Below are positions 46,902 to 56,635 of a stretch of DNA of 64,000 bases, in pieces. The DNA is from an uncultured bacterium (lineage in GTDB: Bacteria > Chloroflexota > UBA5177 > JANWHV01). Position numbers and translations under genes: made by a program. The stretch is from assembly GCA_963827235.1 (NCBI GenBank), contig CAWHAE010000010.1:928001-992000 (forward strand). Reading direction: 5' to 3'. Below the pieces are notes generated by a model that saw nothing but the letters and a program-made list of their open reading frames with translations, made no database searches and was not told where the DNA came from. How positions within the stretch are numbered: the first letter of the stretch is position 1; the number at the start of each line of letters is the position of its first letter.

Positions 46902-49755
46902 ATGACACGCGATCATACGACATCCGCCGATCCGCGGTCGGTCGGCGCGACGGTAGACAGGATGCAGATCGAGCATCTGCGCGAGGCGATCGGTATCGGC
47001 AGCGCCCGCCCGCGCCTGTCGTGGACGGTGGCGACGACGGCTCCCGGTTGGTACCAGTCGGCTTATGCCATCGAGGCGTACGGTCCGAGCGGCGAGCAGC
47101 GCGGACAGACAGGACGGGTGGAGTCCGATCAGTCCGTGCTGGTGCCCTGGCCGTTCGCCCCTCTTTCGTCCCGCGAGCGGTGTATGGTGCGCGTGAAGGT
47201 CTGGGACCGGGAGGGACGAGCATCAACTTGGAGCGAGCCCGCGGCCGTGGAGGCAGGTCTGCTGGAGGCCAAGGACTGGACGGCGCGATTCGTGACGCCG
47301 GACTGGGACGAAGATACGATCCCGCCCACAGCCCTGTCCGCTGCTGCGCCGCGAGTTTCACCTCCGCGCAGCGGTTCGAAAGGCACGACTGTACGTGACC
47401 GCGCTTGGCGTCTACGAAGCGCAGATCAACGGACATACGGTCGGCGACCACGTGCTCGCGCCGGGCTGGACGAGCTACCGTCACCGCCTGCGCTACCAGA
47501 CGTTCGACGTCACGTCGCTGCTGCAAGAGGGAGCCAACGCGATTGGCGTCATGGCCGGCGATGGTTGGTATCGCGGCCGGCTGGGTTTCGGCGGCGGCAC
47601 CCGCAACCTGCTATGGCGATCGACTTGCACTGCTCGCCCAGGTGGAAGTCGAGTACGAGGACGGCACGCGCGAGTGTGGTCGACACTGACGAGTGCTGGC
47701 GCGCAGCCACGGGACCGATCCTGGCGAGCCGACCTCTACGACGGCGAGATCTACGATGCCCGTCTCGAGAAGTGCGGCTGGTCGTCGCCCGGCTACGACG
47801 ACCGTGAGTGGCACGGCGTGGTAGAGATCGAGCAGGACTTCGGCATCCTCGTCGCCCCCAGCGGGCCGCCTGTGCGGCGGGCCCAGCGCGTGGCGCCCGG
47901 AAAGCGATCAGCCGCTCGCCCTCCGGAGAGGTCATCCTCGACTTCGGCCAGAACCTGGTGGGGCGGTTGCGCTTCACCGTCCGTGGCCGAGCCGGACAAA
48001 CGGTCACTCTGCGCCATGCCGAGGTGCTGCAGGACGGCGAGCTGTGTACTCGCCCGTTGCGGACCGCGCGGGCCACGGACTGCTACACGCTGCGCGGCGA
48101 CGAAGTCGAGACCTGGGAGCCGCGCTTCACCTACCACGGTTTCCGCTATGCGGAGATCGCCGGCTGGCCGGGCGAGCTGCATGCCGGCCGACGTGGAAGC
48201 GGTCGTATGCCACACGGACCTCGAGCGTACAGGGTGGTTCGAGTGCTCCGACCCGCTGGTCAATCGCCTGCACGAGAACGTCGTGTGGAGCATGCGGGGC
48301 AACTTCCTCGATCTCCCCACCGATTGCCCGCAGCGCGACGAGCGGCTGGGATGGACCGGCGACATCCAGGTGTTCGCCCCGGCCGCTTCGTTCCTGTTCC
48401 AGACGCGCCGGCTTCCTGGCCTCATGGCTCGCGGACCTTGCCGCCGAGCAGCGGGAGCTGGGCGTGGTACCCCTTGTCGTGCCCAATACCCTGGGTTCGT
48501 CGACGCCGCCAGCAGCGGCCTGGGGCGATGCCGCGGTCATCGTGCCCTGGGTGCTATATCAGCGGTACGGCGATGCCGAATTGCTCGCAACGCCAGTACG
48601 CCAGCATGCGCGTCTGGGTCGACTTGATCGATCAGACGGCCGGCCGGTCAGCACCTCTGGGACACGGGCTTCCAGTTCGGCGACTGGCTTGATCCGGCCG
48701 CGCCGCCGGACAACGCGGAGGCGGCGCGCACCGACTCCGCGATCGTCGCTACCGCCTACCTGGCGCATTCCGCCGAGCTACTGGGACGCGCGGCCGGCGT
48801 CCTCGGCCGTGCCGAGGACGAGCACCACTACCTGACGCTGGCCGGCGAGGTCAGACAGGCGTTCCGCGACGAGTATGTGACGCCGGCCGGGCGCCTGGTC
48901 AGCGACGCGGAAACCGCCTATGCACTGGCACTGCAATTCGGCCTGCTCGACGACACGCGGCAGCGCCAGCTAGCCGGGGCGCGCCTGGCCGCCATCGTAC
49001 GCGAGCGCGGCTATCGCATCGGCACCGGATTCGTCGGCACGCCGCTGATCTGCGACGCACTGTGCAGCGCCGGAGAGGTCGAGACCGCCTATCGCCTGCT
49101 TCTGCAGCGGCGCTGTCCGTCCTGGCTCTATCCCGTCACCATGGGAGCCACCACGATCTGGGAGCGCTGGGACAGCATGCGTCCGGACGGCACGGTCAAC
49201 CCGGGCGAGATGACGTCGTTCAATCACTACGCCCTGGGCGCCGTGGTGGACTGGCTGCATCGCCGGGTGGCCGGACTTGGGCAGGCGTCCCCGGCCTATC
49301 GGATATTGGAAATCCATCCCCTTCCGGGCTGCGGCCTGACCTCCGCGCGGGCGCGGCTTCGCACGCCCTACGGTATCGCCGAGTCTGGGTGGGCTTGGGA
49401 CGCCGGCACGCTGACCGTCTCGATCGCGGTACCGCCTGGCACGACGGCGCGAGTGTCCCTACCAGGGCAAGACGGCGATCCCGTGGAGGTGGATTCGGGA
49501 CACCATAACTGGGCCTACCGGTATGACCTGCCCACGCTGCCGGAGAGCGATCCGTCGGACAAGCTGGACGACGTGCTCAGCGGTCGTGAGCTGCCGAACG
49601 CTCTGAAGGCGTTCTTCGACGACCTGGCCCCGGCGGCGGCGCCCCGGCTGACGGCGAACGCCGTGATGCGCTCGGGGAAAGGCATGACTTTGCGTCAGGT
49701 CATTGCCTCGCTGCCGGAGGGTGAAGCGCTGCTTCGACAGATGATGCCGAGCTGA
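46902..49755 (+). pseudogene. Alpha-L-rhamnosidase (GH78), broken by about 10 frameshifts
   Basis: Motifs spread over three frames: RPRLSW, TALGVYE..PGWTSY, DLYDGE, DFGQNLVG, FTYHGFRY, PTDCPQRDERLGWTGD, AWGDA, FGDWLDP and GATTIWERWD..MTSFNHYALG. Confidence 0.9.
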
Positions 49756-49805
49756 GAGGCGCCGGCGGCTGACTCGCCGTCGGGCACGCGGAGCGGCTCG
49801 GCCTG

Positions 49806-50011
49806 GCTGACCTGCCACATATGTTCGGGCAGCGCTATCGCGCCGGCACCTGACAGGCACAGTACGCGGAAGTGGCATCGTCCTGTCTGCCATCCGGCAT
49901 ATCGCTCAGAGCCATGGCGGCACCGTCGCGCTGGACAGCGTGGAAGGCGTGGGCACGACCGTGACCATGCGCTTGCCGCTGGGCCGGGAGCCCGAGCAGA
50001 GCGGCGCATAG
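49806..50011 (+). pseudogene. Remnant of a histidine kinase HATPase C-terminus
   Basis: Manual translation gives ADLPHMFGQRYRAGT*, a frameshift, then GSGIVLSAIRHIAQSHGGTVALDSVEGVGTTVTMRLPL (F and G2 boxes). No upstream kinase body. Confidence 0.7.
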
Positions 50012-50702
50012 CCCGGATCGGCTATTGAGCAGAAGCACCATGATCAGGCATTGATGATAGTGGCGCGCGAATCGGTGCGACTCTCCCAACGACCCGCCAA
50101 AGGATCGGACGACGATGCCTCCTCAACCCATCCACACTCTCTACTGCAGTATCCACGACTCGTTCCGCGCGCTGCTCGATCAGCGCCAGCGCGGCGAGTT
50201 GGTAAACAACCTGGAGCTGACCCGGCTTGCCATGCAAACCGCGTCGATCCGCACGCAGTTCGACACGCGCCGCGAACGAGCCGACGATAGCCGGCGATCC
50301 CTCGCAGAATGAGCGGCGGACGGTGCGCCGGGCGGCTCGAAGCCCTACCCAAGCAGCGAGCTACTGCCTGTCCGGCATGCCATGCCTATGACCGCCTACA
50401 GGACCGCCCTGGGCAAGATCGTGCAATGGAATCCCAATCTAGCGCAGTACATTCTCGCCACCAAGAGCAACGGCCAGGGCCTGCAAGTGGTGCACGGTAG
50501 CTCGTCCGGCACCGTGTCCACGTACACGATCACCGTTGCCGGCACTGCCACGCCGACCAGGTAGCGGCGGCTTTGGCAACCGGCGCGGCGCTGCCACGGT
50601 ACCGTCTGGCTATTTCGCATGAGAACCGGGATCAGCTAGAGTAGAGGATGAGCGCGGCGGGTCAATCCGCCTATTCAGACAAGGCAAAGGTGGCCCTCTC
50701 CC

Positions 50703-52442
50703 ATGCTCGTTCGCTTCCCCGCGTACGCTCCGTTGCTGATGGCCTGTACGGTCGTCATCGCGGCGTCGGCGGCGGTCGCCTTCGCGCGACGCGAGGAGAC
50801 GACCACGCCCTTCATCGCGCTCCTGCTGGGCATGGGATGGTGGCAGATCTGCCAGTTGTTCGAGCTGATCTTACCCAGCCGGAGCAGCCAGATCGCGTGG
50901 TCGGAGCTCGCCTACCTCGGCATTGCCACGGTTCCGGGCCTTTGGCTGATGTTCGCCCGATCCTACCGGGGCACCGCCAGAACGCTTCCACTCTGGACTC
51001 GCATCTGCTACTGGACTATTCCCGGTGTCACCATAGCGGTTGCCCTGGCCGGGAACTGGCACGGCGCCATGTGGAGCAGCATCACCGCAGCATCGAATTC
51101 GCCCGGCGCCGTGCTGCGTTTCGTCCACGGCGCATGGTGGTGGATCTTTGTCGTCTACAGTTATGGACTGATCGCGGCCGGTCTGATCACCCTCGTGCCA
51201 GCGATCGTCCGGCTGCCCCGCGTCTTCGGTGGACAGGTGGCCCTGCTCGTGGTCAGCGTGCTGTTCCCCTGGTCGATCAATTTGCTGGAAGCAGTCGGCA
51301 TCACTCTCGTGCCCAACCTGGACCTCACGCCGTTCGCTTTCTCCGTATCCGGCGCGGCATGGCTGCTGGCCATACTGCGTTTCCGCATGTTCGATCTCAT
51401 TCCCGTGGCACGAGAGACGCTTATCGACAATATGGTGGACGGCGTGCTCGTGCTCGACAGGCAGCAGCGCGTGATCGACAGCAACGCCGCGGCGCGGATC
51501 ATGATCGGCAAAGGTAGCAGGGAGCTCCACGGCAAGGACATGCAGGAGGCCGTGCCGGACTGGAGCGCCGTGCTGAGAGCGCTCGACGCGGAGGTTGCGC
51601 CCGTGCTTGAGGTGCGCGCGCCGGCGAATGCCGAGGTACTGCTGGAGGCCCGGCGAATCGCGTTACGCCGCACCCACGGGGTGACTGCAGGAGAGCTGAT
51701 CGTCCTGCGGGACGTGAGCGCTCGAGCCCACGTCGAGATGGAGCTACGCAACCTGAATCGCGAGCTCCAGCGCCAAGCCCAGGAGAACGAACTGCTGCAG
51801 GCCAGGCTGCGAGACCAGACACTGCGCGACGCGCTCACCGGACTGTACAATCGCCGCGTGCTCAACGACGACCTGCCTCAGGAGCTGGCCTGTGCCATGC
51901 GCGTGCAGCAGCCGGTAGCGCTGGTGATGATCGATCTCGACCATTTCAAGATGCTGAACGACCGCTTTGGACACCTGATGGGTGATGAAGTGCTGCACAT
52001 GGTCGGAGCGCTGCTCAGCAACCAGGTGCGACAGGGCGATACGTGCTGCCGATACGGCGGCGAAGAGTTCATGGTGGTATTGCCAGGAGTGAGTGCAGCC
52101 GCCGCGATCGCTCGAGTCGACCTGTGGAGGCAGCTGCTGGCGGACATGCCGGTCGTGTGGCAGGACGACGTCATCCGCGTAACCTTCTCCGCGGGGATCG
52201 CGCACGCACCAGACGACGGCGAGACGCTCGAGGCGCTGACTCGCGCGGCGGACGAGGCGCTGTATGCCGCCAAGCGTACCGGCCGCAACCGCGTCGTGCG
52301 CTGGACGGAGGACCTGGCGGCGCCGGACAGAGCTGGTAGTGGGGCTTCCCAGGCCGTCCGCCCGCCGAGGCGCCACCTCGAGATAGAGCGGTTTCGGGAC
52401 GGGCTGAGCGAGAGCGACGGCCTCAACCCAAGCGTGCTCTAG
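50703..52442 (+). CDS. Diguanylate cyclase: 7TM sensor (HisKA_7TM-like) - PAS - GGDEF
   Basis: Multi-TM N-terminus, DGVLVLD PAS, DALTGLYNRR, DLDHFK..ND..GH..GD, RQGD I-site and GGEEF. Confidence 0.93.
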   Translation: MLVRFPAYAPLLMACTVVIAASAAVAFARREETTTPFIALLLGMGWWQICQLFELILPSRSSQIAWSELAYLGIATVPGLWLMFARSYRGTARTLPLWTRICYWTIPGVTIAVALAGNWHGAMWSSITAASNSPGAVLRFVHGAWWWIFVVYSYGLIAAGLITLVPAIVRLPRVFGGQVALLVVSVLFPWSINLLEAVGITLVPNLDLTPFAFSVSGAAWLLAILRFRMFDLIPVARETLIDNMVDGVLVLDRQQRVIDSNAAARIMIGKGSRELHGKDMQEAVPDWSAVLRALDAEVAPVLEVRAPANAEVLLEARRIALRRTHGVTAGELIVLRDVSARAHVEMELRNLNRELQRQAQENELLQARLRDQTLRDALTGLYNRRVLNDDLPQELACAMRVQQPVALVMIDLDHFKMLNDRFGHLMGDEVLHMVGALLSNQVRQGDTCCRYGGEEFMVVLPGVSAAAAIARVDLWRQLLADMPVVWQDDVIRVTFSAGIAHAPDDGETLEALTRAADEALYAAKRTGRNRVVRWTEDLAAPDRAGSGASQAVRPPRRHLEIERFRDGLSESDGLNPSVL

Positions 52443-52495
52443 GGGACAGGAGTCGCCAAACAGCCCGGCCGAGGCCGCTGCACTCTCCCGGCCGT

Positions 52496-52894
52496 TCACG
52501 CGCCAGGTAGGTGGGCAATTGCCTGCTTCGCGCCGGCGATCATGCCTGCAAGGTCCAGCCCCTGCCAGTCGGGGGCGCAGCCGCCAAGCCGGCCGAGAGC
52601 GCGGCGCAGCAGGACACCGGCGCCGTGCGGGTTGCCTCGCTGCAGGTGGACATAGCCGGCCGCAAGCTGAGCCAGACCTTTGAATCCCACCGCATCGGGT
52701 GAGTCTCCCGACTGCTTCCAGCAGGTTTCCCATGCTTCGTGGGCGGCAAAGTACTGTGCGCCGGCGAAATAGAGCATGGCCAGCCGGTTGTTCTCGGCAA
52801 AGCTCAAGCGGTCGAAGTCCGGTAACGGGAGCCGGTCAGGCTCATGACGCGGTAGCGGGCGACCCAGCTCATCGCGCGGTCGACGACTCCCCAT
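52496..52894 (-). CDS. DUF309 family protein
   Basis: RPRDELGRPL, YFAAHEAWETCWK and GLAQLAAGYVHLQRGN. Confidence 0.82.
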   Translation of the reverse strand: MGSRRPRDELGRPLPRHEPDRLPLPDFDRLSFAENNRLAMLYFAGAQYFAAHEAWETCWKQSGDSPDAVGFKGLAQLAAGYVHLQRGNPHGAGVLLRRALGRLGGCAPDWQGLDLAGMIAGAKQAIAHLPGA

Positions 52895-52977
52895 AGCTGC
52901 CATCTCCGTGGAGTGCCCGCGCACGCGGCCAGACCCAGTCCACCGTTTCCAGTGTACGGGAGGGGCCCGCACAGCAC

Positions 52978-55149
52978 CTAACGTGCCCGTGGCGAGCCTT
53001 GTTGACGCGACACGACCGCTTCGGTGAACGGCTCGTCGGGGCGTGGACGAAGGAGCCAGCCAAGCCGCCGCGGAAGCCACCAGTTCCACGAGCCGAATAG
53101 CGCTACGAGGGCCGGCACGAGCAGCATGCGTATTACCGTGGCGTCGACGAAAATGCCCGCGGCCAGTCCGGTAGCGAAGGTCTTTACCATCACGATGGGC
53201 GCTGTCGAGAGCGAGGCAAAAGCGATAAAGAGGATCAGGGCGGCACTCGTGACCAGACGTCCCGTCCCAGCCATCCCGCGCACGACCGCATCCGTCGTCG
53301 AGCCGGAGGTCTCATATTCTTCGCGTATGCGGCTGATCAGAAACACTTCGTAGTCCATCGAAATGCCGAAGAGAAAAGCGAACACGAGTAAAGGGATAAA
53401 CGCGTCCAGGGCTCCGCTCGCGGGGAAGCCCCAGAGCTGCCGGGAGCCGTTGCCATCCTGCCAGACGAAGGTCATCATGCCCCAGGCCGCAGCTACCGAG
53501 ACCGCCGCCAGCGCCATCGCCTTGACGGCGAGCACGAGCGACCGGAAGGCGCGACTGAGCAGTACCAGCGTGATCGCGGCGAGCAATCCAGCTATGACTG
53601 GGAAGCGGCCGTAGGCGGCAGAGACGAAGTCCGCATTCAGCGCCGTGACACCGCCGACGCGCGCGCTCCCGCCCATTGCGCCGGCAAGCCTGCGGACATT
53701 TGCCAGCGAGTCTCTGCCCTGGGCCGACGCACCATCCGCAGCGGGCAGCACTTCGCCAAGCGAGGTTGCTCCGCTATGCCAATCCGCCTGTGCCGGTGCG
53801 ACTGCACCGCGCACATCGGCCACGTGAGCCAGCCTGTCGATCGCGGAGGCGGCCGACGACCCGTCGACGAGCACTTCAAACGGCGTGAGGACGCCGGGTC
53901 CGATGCCGGAGCGGTCCAGTGCCTGCAGACCGGCGTAGGCGTCACCAGACTTCGCCAGTGCACCGGCCTCCGGCGAGCCCAGCGTGATCGAGAAGGCTGG
54001 AACGGCAAGCAGTGCAAGGATCAGCAAAGCCGTCACGGCCGCCGGCCATCGCCAGCGCACGACAGCCCCCGCCCATGTCCCCCAGAATGGGCTCGGACGG
54101 ATGGCCCTGCGCGAGCGCGGCCAATCCAGGCGAGGTCCGATCGTGGACAGCACCACCGGCAGCAGCGTGGCCACGACCAGCACCGCTATCGACGGCACCA
54201 ACAGGCCGCCGACGCCCATGCTGCGAAGGAACGGTATCGGTTGGACAACCAGCGCTAGCATGCCAATCGCGACGGTAGTGCCTGAGAACGCCACGGCGCG
54301 GCCGGCAGTCTCCATTGCCCGCAGCACGGCCTGAGTGTTCTCCAGGCCTCGGGCTCGCTCCTCGCGCCAGCGCATCACAACCAGCAGCGAGTAATCGATC
54401 GCAATGCCCAAGCCGACCAGAGCGGCGATGTACTGCACGATGAAGGACACATCCGTCACGCGCGTGAGTACCCAGACCAGCAGGAATGTAGTGAGAATGG
54501 CGAGCACGGCCATTGCGATAGGCACCACGGCCAGCAGCGAGCCAAAGACGAGCGCCAGCACGACCAGCGCCGCCAGGATACCGATCATCGTCATTGCCAT
54601 GGCCGACATGCCGCCCCCGGCGCCGGTTGTCTGCAGCAGATTGGTGCCGGTGAGATGAAAGCGGGCGCCCGCGATGGTGACAGGAGCCAGCGCAGCCTGG
54701 ACGGCTTGCTCCTGCGCCGTGGCCTGCATTTGCATGCCGGCGCTGTTCTTGTCCTGGGGCAGAAACAGGAGGCCGAAAGTCGTGCGGCCGTCCGCGGAAA
54801 CGAACAGCCGGCTACCGGTAGAGGCGTAGGACACGACGCGCATGCCGGGCACCGCCCGCCGAACGCGCGCCATGGCCATGGCCAGCTGATCGCGGACGCT
54901 TGCCTTGTCGACGGTCATGCCCGCGGGCAAGGTGATGACCGGTACCGCCGGCGCCTCGGACGCCCCGTTTCCATACAACGCCAGGATTGCCTGGTTGGCA
55001 TCGTAACCAGACTGGCCGGGCAGAGCGATCGACGTGGTCAACGCATCCGTGGCCGGCTGCGCGGCGAAAACACCGACGAGAGTGACGACCAGCCAGCCGA
55101 TGACGACCAGTCGCTTGTGGTTGAGTGTCCAGAGCGCCAGGCGGTACAC
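52978..55149 (-). CDS. MMPL-family RND transporter
   Basis: GLGIAIDYSLLVVMRWREE, AGRAVAFSG, FGISMDYEVFLISRIRE and DATVIRMLLVPA. GTG 55149 after GGAGG. Confidence 0.93.
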   Translation of the reverse strand: MYRLALWTLNHKRLVVIGWLVVTLVGVFAAQPATDALTTSIALPGQSGYDANQAILALYGNGASEAPAVPVITLPAGMTVDKASVRDQLAMAMARVRRAVPGMRVVSYASTGSRLFVSADGRTTFGLLFLPQDKNSAGMQMQATAQEQAVQAALAPVTIAGARFHLTGTNLLQTTGAGGGMSAMAMTMIGILAALVVLALVFGSLLAVVPIAMAVLAILTTFLLVWVLTRVTDVSFIVQYIAALVGLGIAIDYSLLVVMRWREERARGLENTQAVLRAMETAGRAVAFSGTTVAIGMLALVVQPIPFLRSMGVGGLLVPSIAVLVVATLLPVVLSTIGPRLDWPRSRRAIRPSPFWGTWAGAVVRWRWPAAVTALLILALLAVPAFSITLGSPEAGALAKSGDAYAGLQALDRSGIGPGVLTPFEVLVDGSSAASAIDRLAHVADVRGAVAPAQADWHSGATSLGEVLPAADGASAQGRDSLANVRRLAGAMGGSARVGGVTALNADFVSAAYGRFPVIAGLLAAITLVLLSRAFRSLVLAVKAMALAAVSVAAAWGMMTFVWQDGNGSRQLWGFPASGALDAFIPLLVFAFLFGISMDYEVFLISRIREEYETSGSTTDAVVRGMAGTGRLVTSAALILFIAFASLSTAPIVMVKTFATGLAAGIFVDATVIRMLLVPALVALFGSWNWWLPRRLGWLLRPRPDEPFTEAVVSRQQGSPRAR

Positions 55150-55182
55150 TGAGTCTTTCCTCCCGAACAAAGTGGTCGATAG

Positions 55183-55197
55183 TGAACATCATGTTCT
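55183..55197. promoter_or_regulatory. Putative TetR operator upstream of the MMPL gene
   Basis: TGAACA-TCA-TGTTCT, the same dyad as 56376-56390. Confidence 0.65.
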
Positions 55198-55661
55198 ATT
55201 TCACACTGGCATGCCGGCGGCCGCCGGTCAACAAGCAAAACAGCGCTGTTCGTCCGATATGGGACATAGGACCAGCATTTGTCTGGAATCCAGCCAGGCC
55301 CGTGCATGGCTCACGCCGAGCCGCCGGCAGCGAGCCCGCGCAGTCGATTTGTGGCCGGTAGGGTCAGGGCGGAGCGAGAGTGCGTGGCCGACCTGCAGCG
55401 TGCCCGGACCCTCTACGGCACTGGTGGCTGCTTTGCGGGGACGTTGCCCGCCCCACTGGCGTCGCGTGAGAGGCAGGTATCAAGGGACCGGAGCACGGTG
55501 CTGGCGATTCAGCCGCAGACCCGATCACGACGTGCGGGCTCAGATCCGGTCGACGGTCCCGGTCAAGGCATGGTTTCTTGAATGCACGTGATGCGGCGTG
55601 CCCGGCCTTCGCCCCTGCGACGGGATATCGACGGCCGCGGGTGCCGCAGGGCGACGGTCGA

Positions 55662-56263
55662 TCAGCGATTCACGAGCGCGGCCATGATGCCCGGCACTGC
55701 CATCTGGCGAAACTGGCGGTCCAGATCCTCCGCGGAGCCCGGCGTGTCGTCGTCCAGCCACCATCCGACCAGGGCCTGCAGCGCGCCCACGGTGAACTGC
55801 ACGACGGTCTCGATCTGCCTGGGGGTGATGCCCGGCCGATGGGGAAGCTGTGCTACGTCGTCGCGTACCAGCCCGGCGAGAAACGCCTGCATGTGCCTGA
55901 GTGCCAGGTGGCTGCCTTTCGCGGAGCCCAGAGCCGTCCGGAGCTGCTTGAAGTCCTGCACGTGTCGCAGGAACGGCAGGATGAAGCCAAGAAGCTGCTC
56001 GTCACTCGCATGCGCGTTAGCGCGGGCGAGGCGCTGCTGCTCGGCCAGAAACTCTCGAAGCTCATCAAACCCGCTCAGCAGCAGGTCGTCCTTGTCGAGA
56101 AAGTGCGCATAGAACGTCGATCTCCCGACGTCTGCCTCGTCGATGATGTCCTGCACAGTCACGTTCTCGTAGCCCTTGCGGGCCATAACGGCAAGCAATG
56201 CGTTCTGCAACAGCGTGCGAGTGCGGCGCACGCGCCGGTCGTTGCTGGCAGCTATTGGCCCAT
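55662..56263 (-). CDS. TetR-family regulator (probable 1-nt deletion just after ATG 56263; in-frame ORF from 56231)
   Basis: DRRVRRTR..GYENVTVQDIIDEADVGRSTFYAHF.DKDDLL. The GGAGGT-ATG at 56263 is out of frame by one within a G run. Confidence 0.88.
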
Positions 56264-56375
56264 ACCTCCGCCGATCGGATCGGCACTCCAGACGGCATCC
56301 TGCAAGCTATGTCGTAGTGGACATTCGCGGGCCGGAGTTCCCGAGCGGCACCCTCACCGGAAGTCTACGTCATGC

Positions 56376-56390
56376 TGAACAGAGTGTTCA
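56376..56390. promoter_or_regulatory. Putative TetR autoregulatory operator
   Basis: Perfect dyad TGAACA-GAG-TGTTCA upstream of tetR. Confidence 0.65.
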
Positions 56391-56431
56391 ATAGGCGACG
56401 TGACATCCGCTAAACACACATGTGTGTAGCG

Positions 56432-56618
56432 TGAGGAGTGCGTGCTCGTCGGCACCGACTACCAGCGCGTCGAGGTCTATCGCCGCACGGCCGACGGGTG
56501 GGGACTGTTCCGTTTCTGCGGGCCTGAAGAAGACGTGGAGCTTACCAGTATCGGCGTTTGCCTTGCCACAGCTGGTCTCTACCGCCGCACAGACGTGCCG
56601 GAGACGCCCGCGGAGTAG
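56432..56618 (+). pseudogene. C-terminal remnant of a Uma2/DUF820 endonuclease
   Basis: Manual translation EECVLVGTDYQRVEVYRRTADGWGLFRFCGPEEDVELTSIGVCLATAGLYRRTDVPETPAE*; no N-terminal half. Confidence 0.7.
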
Positions 56619-56635
56619 TGCACGGCAGGGGCAGA

